41,254 nucleotides of DNA from Thermoproteota archaeon. Its GTDB lineage: Archaea > Korarchaeota > Korarchaeia > Korarchaeales > Korarchaeaceae. The stretch is taken from contig JAOZFG010000036.1 in the NCBI GenBank assembly GCA_027491435.1, positions 1 to 41,254 on the forward strand. The letters are read 5' to 3'. Positions 36,513-41,254 of the stretch are shown here, one piece after another (position 1 is the first letter of the stretch; the number at the start of each line of letters is the position of its first letter). Under the pieces are notes generated by a model. It was given only the letters and a program-made list of their open reading frames with translations. It did no database searches and was not told the DNA's origin. Made by a program: the position numbers and the translations under genes.

Positions 36513-37400
36513 ATGCTCGTGGCGGAGGACGTCTGGAAGAGATATGGAGACTTCGATGCATTAAAAGGAGTTTCCCTTCATGTGAGGAAAGGCGAGATAT
36601 TCGGCCTGCTAGGTCCCAACGGGGCCGGGAAGACCACCTTCATGGAGATAGTAGTTGGCCTTAAGAAGCCTGACAGGGGGAGGGTGCTGATCGGGGGCAA
36701 GGAGGTGGGCAGGGAGACTTCCGGGCTCATAGGTTACAGCCCTCAGGAACCCCTGCTCTACTTCAACTTGACGGGTTTGGAGAACCTAGAGTTCTACGCC
36801 TCCCTGTATGGGCTATCCAAGGGGGAGGTCAGGGAGAGGGTCAGGGAGCTAGAAGACCTGGCCGGCGAGGACGTCCTGAGGAAGTTAGTCTCGAAGATGT
36901 CAGGGGGACAGAGGAGGAGGGTCAGCCTCCTCGTGGCGTTAATACACAGGCCCTCCCTTCTAGTGTTGGATGAGCCCACCGTTGGGCTGGATCCCGATAC
37001 CAGGAGGGAGTTTTGGGAATTGATTAGGTCCCTTAGGGGGACTACTATACTGCTCAGCACTCACTACATGGAGGAGGCCGACGAGCTATGCGATAGGGTA
37101 GCTGTAATGGACGCCGGCAAGGTCGTAGCCCTGGGAACGCCCAGGGAGCTAAAGGAGAGGTATGGAGGGGCTAAGAAGTTGATAGTCGAGGTCAGGGAGT
37201 TGCAGAAGGCGTTAAGGCTCCTTGAGGGCGCTAGGCCAATTGATGGCGGGCTCATCATAGAGTCGGATAGGGCCGAGGAGCTAGTTCCAGAGGTAGTCTC
37301 CAGGCTTCAATCCAACGGGGTTGAGGTTGATAGAGTAGAGATAAGGGGGCCGACGCTGGAGGACGTCTTCTTAAACCTGACGGGGAGGAGGTTGGAATGA
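36513..37400 (+). CDS. ABC-2 exporter ATP-binding protein
   Basis: GPNGAGKTT, MSGGQ, LDEPT, THYMEEA, PTLEDVF. Confidence 0.95.
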   Translation: MLVAEDVWKRYGDFDALKGVSLHVRKGEIFGLLGPNGAGKTTFMEIVVGLKKPDRGRVLIGGKEVGRETSGLIGYSPQEPLLYFNLTGLENLEFYASLYGLSKGEVRERVRELEDLAGEDVLRKLVSKMSGGQRRRVSLLVALIHRPSLLVLDEPTVGLDPDTRREFWELIRSLRGTTILLSTHYMEEADELCDRVAVMDAGKVVALGTPRELKERYGGAKKLIVEVRELQKALRLLEGARPIDGGLIIESDRAEELVPEVVSRLQSNGVEVDRVEIRGPTLEDVFLNLTGRRLE

Positions 37401-38551
37401 GGCCTGTCTTGGGGGTCATAGTGAAGGACCTGAAGGCCTTCTTCAGGTCCAAGACGACGGTCTTCTGGACTATAGCCTTCCCCATAATGATTATGCTCCT
37501 CTTCTCAGCCATCTTCAGCTCGGATGTCAGCTTCAGATTAGCTGTGCTCAATCAGGACCAAGGAGAGCTAGGGAAACTATTCTTGAAGGGGTTAGAGAAG
37601 GTTAACGCCACCGAAGTCTTCTCCTGTTTCAGCGAGGAGGAGGCCAAGGAGAAGGTCTCCAGTGGGGAGGTCGTAGCGGCCATTATCGTACCTGAGAACT
37701 TCTCAAGCAGTTTGCTCTCGGGCAAGAGGTCCTTCATACGACTCTACACTAGAGAAGACCCTCAACTCAGCTCAGTGGCCGTTAGCTTGGTGAGCGGCTA
37801 TGTCTCGTCGTTCAACAAGGTTTACAGGGAGAAGTACCTGAAAGCCCTCTCTAGGGCTCTGCCTTTAGACGTTAGGGAGTTGGTGCTCAGCTCCGTGGAG
37901 ACCTTAGCTGAGCCTGTGAGCTTAAAGGTGGATCGAGTCAGCGAGCTCCAGTACAGGGGACAGTGGATCGCTACCATGATCGTTTACACGTTTTTGTTCT
38001 CAGGAATGGTTTCTGCATCGGCCTCGCTGGCCTACGAGAAGATCTCAGGGAATATAAAGAGGATCAGGGTCTCTCCAGCCTCCCCCTGGTCCATACTGTC
38101 TGGGAAGATCTTCGGGGGACTCCTCACGCTCTCCTTAAGTCAGGCCATATTGCTAGCCGTAACCATGCTTTGGCTTCGCCCGGAGGTCAACTGGTCTTGG
38201 GAGCTAATCCCCCTAATAGTGGTGGGGGACATGGCCAGCCTCAGCCTGGGCCTGCTGATCACAGAGGCATCTCCAGATCCTAAGGCGGCAAGTGAGGCTG
38301 TGACTGCAGTTGCCGTCATAATACAGTTCTTCTGCGGCATATACTTCCCACTTGAATTCCTCCCCGAACCTCTGAGGCAGGTGGCAAATCTAATACCGTT
38401 CACCTGGGCCAACGAGGCTTTGAGAGGGATCCTGTTGAGGGGATATGGGCTAGGGGACTTAACTCCATCCCTGTTAGGCCTCACGGCCCTGGCCGTCGTG
38501 GCCACAGCGGCTTCGGCATGGCTGTTCCCCAAGTGGGCTGAGAGTTCCTAG
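37397..38551 (+). CDS. ABC-2 exporter permease
   Basis: N-terminal TM, extracellular VLNQD..IIVPENF domain, 5 C-terminal TMs with GIYFP..LP; stop/start overlap with the ATPase gene. Confidence 0.92.
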   Translation: MRPVLGVIVKDLKAFFRSKTTVFWTIAFPIMIMLLFSAIFSSDVSFRLAVLNQDQGELGKLFLKGLEKVNATEVFSCFSEEEAKEKVSSGEVVAAIIVPENFSSSLLSGKRSFIRLYTREDPQLSSVAVSLVSGYVSSFNKVYREKYLKALSRALPLDVRELVLSSVETLAEPVSLKVDRVSELQYRGQWIATMIVYTFLFSGMVSASASLAYEKISGNIKRIRVSPASPWSILSGKIFGGLLTLSLSQAILLAVTMLWLRPEVNWSWELIPLIVVGDMASLSLGLLITEASPDPKAASEAVTAVAVIIQFFCGIYFPLEFLPEPLRQVANLIPFTWANEALRGILLRGYGLGDLTPSLLGLTALAVVATAASAWLFPKWAESS

Positions 38552-38625
38552 CCTCTGGTATTGGAGCTCCGAGCTCTTCCGGTAAAATTCTTTAAGAAAC
38601 CACTTCCGCTTGAGCGGGGGAGCAA

Positions 38626-40056
38626 ATGAAGGGGTTCTTCCATCCCAAGTCAGTGGTGATCGTCGGGGCCTCGAGAACCCCCGGGAAGGTGGGCTACGAG
38701 ACCCTGAGGGTAATGGTCGAGAACCAGAGGGCCGGCGCCTTCAAGGGTAAGCTTTACGCCGTTAATCCCAGGTCGGATGAGCCCATATTGGGGGTCCCGA
38801 CCTATAAGTCCGTGTTGGACCTGCCAGAGCCGGCTGACCTGGCCGTAATAGTGGCGCCCGCCAAGTACTGCCCATCAATTCTAGAGGAGTGCGGTAAGAA
38901 GGGGATAAAGAGGGCCATAGTCATCAGTGGGGGCTTCGCTGAGGTAGGAGGTGAGGGGGTCAAGCTCCAGGAGCAACTTAAGGAGGTGGCTGAGAGGTAC
39001 GGGATAAGGGTGATAGGCCCCAACTGCGTAGGGGTGGTGGTCCCGTCGAGCGGAGTTGACACCATGTTCCTCCCAGTACACAAGGACATGGACGGCAAGC
39101 CATTGGAGTCCTCGCCCAGGCCTAAGCCGGGGCACATCTCCCTAATATCCCAGTCAGGGGCCTTTGGAGTTGCCTGCTTGGATTACATGTACGGGGAAGG
39201 CATAGGGCTCGCTAAATTCGTAAGTTATGGGAACAAGGTGGACGTGGACGAGGTCGACGTGCTGGAGTACCTCGCAGTGGACCCTGAGACGAAAGCCATA
39301 CTCATCTACGCCGAGTCAATAGACAGGGGAAGGGAGTTCCTAGAGCTCGCCAAAAAGATAACCAAGGAGAAGCCGATAGTGATCCTCAAGGCTGGGAGGA
39401 CTAGCGCCGGGGCTAAGGCCGCTAGCTCTCATACGGCAGCTTTAGCGGGAAGCGATAAGATCTACGACGCCGCTTTTAAGCAGGCTGGAGTTATAAGGGT
39501 GCTGGACATGGAGGAGCTTTTCGACGTAGCCAAGGCCTTGGTCATGCAACCCCCCGCCAAGGGAGATAGGGTAGCGATATTGACTGACGGGGGAGGGGTA
39601 GGCGTCATGGCCTCCGACGAAGTCGAGTCCCTAGGCCTCAAAATGGCTAAGTTCTCGGAAGAAACCCTGAGCAAGTTACAGGGCCTGAAGGACGAAGGAG
39701 TCATCCCACCAATAGCCGCCATCTGGAACCCAGTTGACTTGACTGGGTCGGCCACCGATGAGTCCTTTACTAAAGCCCTAAGAATACTGCTGGAGGACGA
39801 GAACGTGGACGCCGTGGCAATACTGGCGCTTCATCACGTACCGGGGCTTACCTCTAAATTGCCAGAAAAGCTAGCCTCAATAGCTAAGGAATACGACAAG
39901 CCAGTGGTGGCCATGGACGTCGGCTCTTCTACCTACGCCAGGGCCTTCAGGGAGAAATTTGAGGAGGTTGGAATACCGGCCTACCCAGAACCTGAGAGGG
40001 CCATCAGGGCCATAAAGGGGTTAGTAGAGTTCGGTAAGGTGAAGTATGGCTTCTAA
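38626..40056 (+). CDS. acdA: ADP-forming acyl-CoA synthetase alpha subunit (second paralog)
   Basis: VGASRTPGKVG, IGPNCVG, SQSGAFG, catalytic ASSHTA, NPVDLTG, PERAIRA. Confidence 0.92.
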   Translation: MKGFFHPKSVVIVGASRTPGKVGYETLRVMVENQRAGAFKGKLYAVNPRSDEPILGVPTYKSVLDLPEPADLAVIVAPAKYCPSILEECGKKGIKRAIVISGGFAEVGGEGVKLQEQLKEVAERYGIRVIGPNCVGVVVPSSGVDTMFLPVHKDMDGKPLESSPRPKPGHISLISQSGAFGVACLDYMYGEGIGLAKFVSYGNKVDVDEVDVLEYLAVDPETKAILIYAESIDRGREFLELAKKITKEKPIVILKAGRTSAGAKAASSHTAALAGSDKIYDAAFKQAGVIRVLDMEELFDVAKALVMQPPAKGDRVAILTDGGGVGVMASDEVESLGLKMAKFSEETLSKLQGLKDEGVIPPIAAIWNPVDLTGSATDESFTKALRILLEDENVDAVAILALHHVPGLTSKLPEKLASIAKEYDKPVVAMDVGSSTYARAFREKFEEVGIPAYPEPERAIRAIKGLVEFGKVKYGF

Positions 40057-40523
40057 TCCCTCTTTTTAGCCATCTTAACTATTTTAGCAAGCTTAGCGTG
40101 ATGTTCCATCTCATTCTCAGCTAGAGCGAGGGCTAACTGTCTTATCAAGGGGTGTTTAGCCACCTCAGCTATCTTACTGTAGGTGTCTATCATATCCTTC
40201 TCTATCTTCAGGTGTTGCATGGCGAATTCGGCCACTATTTTGAGCCCTTCGGGGGTTGCCTTGGGCTCTTCCTTTCTACCCTCATCGGCCAGTAGCTTAT
40301 CAGCCTCTGACTGAGCCTTCAGGAGGGCCTCCACTATGTGCTTGTGAAAGATCGTTTCCACGGCTATCCACCTTATTACTTGCTCCAGTCCCTCTTCCCA
40401 GGTGCCAAACGCCTTGAACAGCTTAACACCCTTAACGTAAGCCTCTACCGCTTTGTTTTCTACTACGTAGGCTTTGTTCCAGAGTTTCACATCATCTCCC
40501 AGAAGCTTTCCCTTGGCAGGCAT
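40053..40523 (-). CDS. Ferritin-like/rubrerythrin-type four-helix protein
   Basis: Two helix pairs with E..Y..E..H pattern (VEN..Y..ETIFH; IEK..Y..ENEMEHH). Confidence 0.75.
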   Translation of the reverse strand: MPAKGKLLGDDVKLWNKAYVVENKAVEAYVKGVKLFKAFGTWEEGLEQVIRWIAVETIFHKHIVEALLKAQSEADKLLADEGRKEEPKATPEGLKIVAEFAMQHLKIEKDMIDTYSKIAEVAKHPLIRQLALALAENEMEHHAKLAKIVKMAKKRD

Positions 40524-40632
40524 GTTTATCCCTGCGGGATGATGGGACTAAAACTTAAGTTTGTCGGGAGTTATTTAGCTAGGCATCTGCGATTTCAGGT
40601 CCTTTAAGCTTATTCTAGCAATAGATCTCCCC

Positions 40633-41004
40633 CTACTTCGGTGCTCGGCTACTAAATTTTATCCTTTTATCCTTATGCTTGATCTCCTCTATAATTAAAT
40701 TGAACAGGTCGTTAGCCTCTTTTAGGACGATCTTGGCCTCTCCCTCTGAAGTGAACTTCTCCCTATAGTCAGCCCTCTTCCTCATTTCATATAAAGCCAT
40801 CATTTTGATTTTCCCCTCGTCTCCCAAGAAATTGGCTAATGCGTTGGCTACCTTGTCGTCCCTCCTAGCCCTAGATCTAGTTAAGTGAGATGCGACCATC
40901 CTCACGGCGAAGTATGCGGCGCTGACGGCTTTATCGTAACACCCCATCTCTAGATCCTTAAATGCTTGATCCATCAGGGCCTTAGCTTTCTCTAGCTCGC
41001 TCAA
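40633..41004 (-). CDS. HEPN domain protein
   Basis: YDKAVSAAYFA and LYEMRKRADY motifs. Confidence 0.85.
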   Translation of the reverse strand: MSELEKAKALMDQAFKDLEMGCYDKAVSAAYFAVRMVASHLTRSRARRDDKVANALANFLGDEGKIKMMALYEMRKRADYREKFTSEGEAKIVLKEANDLFNLIIEEIKHKDKRIKFSSRAPK

Positions 41005-41254
41005 ACTCCTTCACCACCAGCTCGTCTGGAGTGGCCACCGTGGGGCTTAACAGCCCCTGAACCCCTACTCTGCGCTCTGCCCTAGAGGCAGCCTCCATCA
41101 CCTTGAGCACCACCTGGTAGCTGTACTCCCTGACCACCACCAGCACGTTGCTCCCGTAAATCCTGTCCCGGGGGGAGGGGAGGGCCACCAGCTTAAGGAC
41201 TTCAGGAAGCTTAGAGAGCTCCTCTGAAAACTTGGAGAGGAGGTTCCTCCAGTC
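40982..41254 (-). CDS. MNT-like partner of HEPN (5' end outside window)
   Basis: Frame stays open to the window edge (DWRNLLSKFSEELSKLPEVLKLVALPSPRDRIYGSNVLVVV..); overlaps the HEPN start. Confidence 0.65.
   Translation of the reverse strand, partial: DWRNLLSKFSEELSKLPEVLKLVALPSPRDRIYGSNVLVVVREYSYQVVLKVMEAASRAERRVGVQGLLSPTVATPDELVVKEFERARES

Noticed and set aside
1-41254. CRISPR array, tRNA, rRNA, integrase or provirus
   Set aside because: No regularly spaced repeats, cloverleaf motifs or viral hallmark genes seen by eye; a computational scan could still find small RNAs.

Overview
Archaeal chromosomal DNA. AGG/AGA and ATA codon use, TATA-like boxes, GGAGG/GGTGA Shine-Dalgarno sites and the gene content suggest a thermophilic TACK-type archaeon (inference). 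About 32 compact genes: a methionine neighbourhood (MetB-type PLP enzyme, split MetE, MetF, divergent XRE-CBS regulator, GNAT-ACT fusion, COG1237 MBL hydrolase), a tandem winged-helix DUF505-like protein, a 2672-aa mosaic surface protein beside a GT-C membrane protein, two archaeal ATPases, two ADP-forming acyl-CoA synthetase alpha subunits, a flavoprotein disulfide reductase with a His-rich tail, DUF2079 and GT4 glycosyltransferases, an ABC exporter, a ferritin-like protein and a HEPN/MNT-like pair. Several of the longer spacers are heavily decayed IS6-family remnants sharing a terminal motif (TGCTGTCAACTTAAGG). The best candidate for an undescribed system is an AT-rich module at 10811-12503. 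It holds a 519-aa regulator with an apparently dead zincin-like N-terminus plus two wHTH/Lrp-like units, head-to-head with an unannotated 15-aa proline-rich peptide ORF (MGPIMPPNPPVQPPE) that has a textbook RBS. I saw no tRNA, rRNA or CRISPR array. All family calls come from motif recognition by eye, not database searches.
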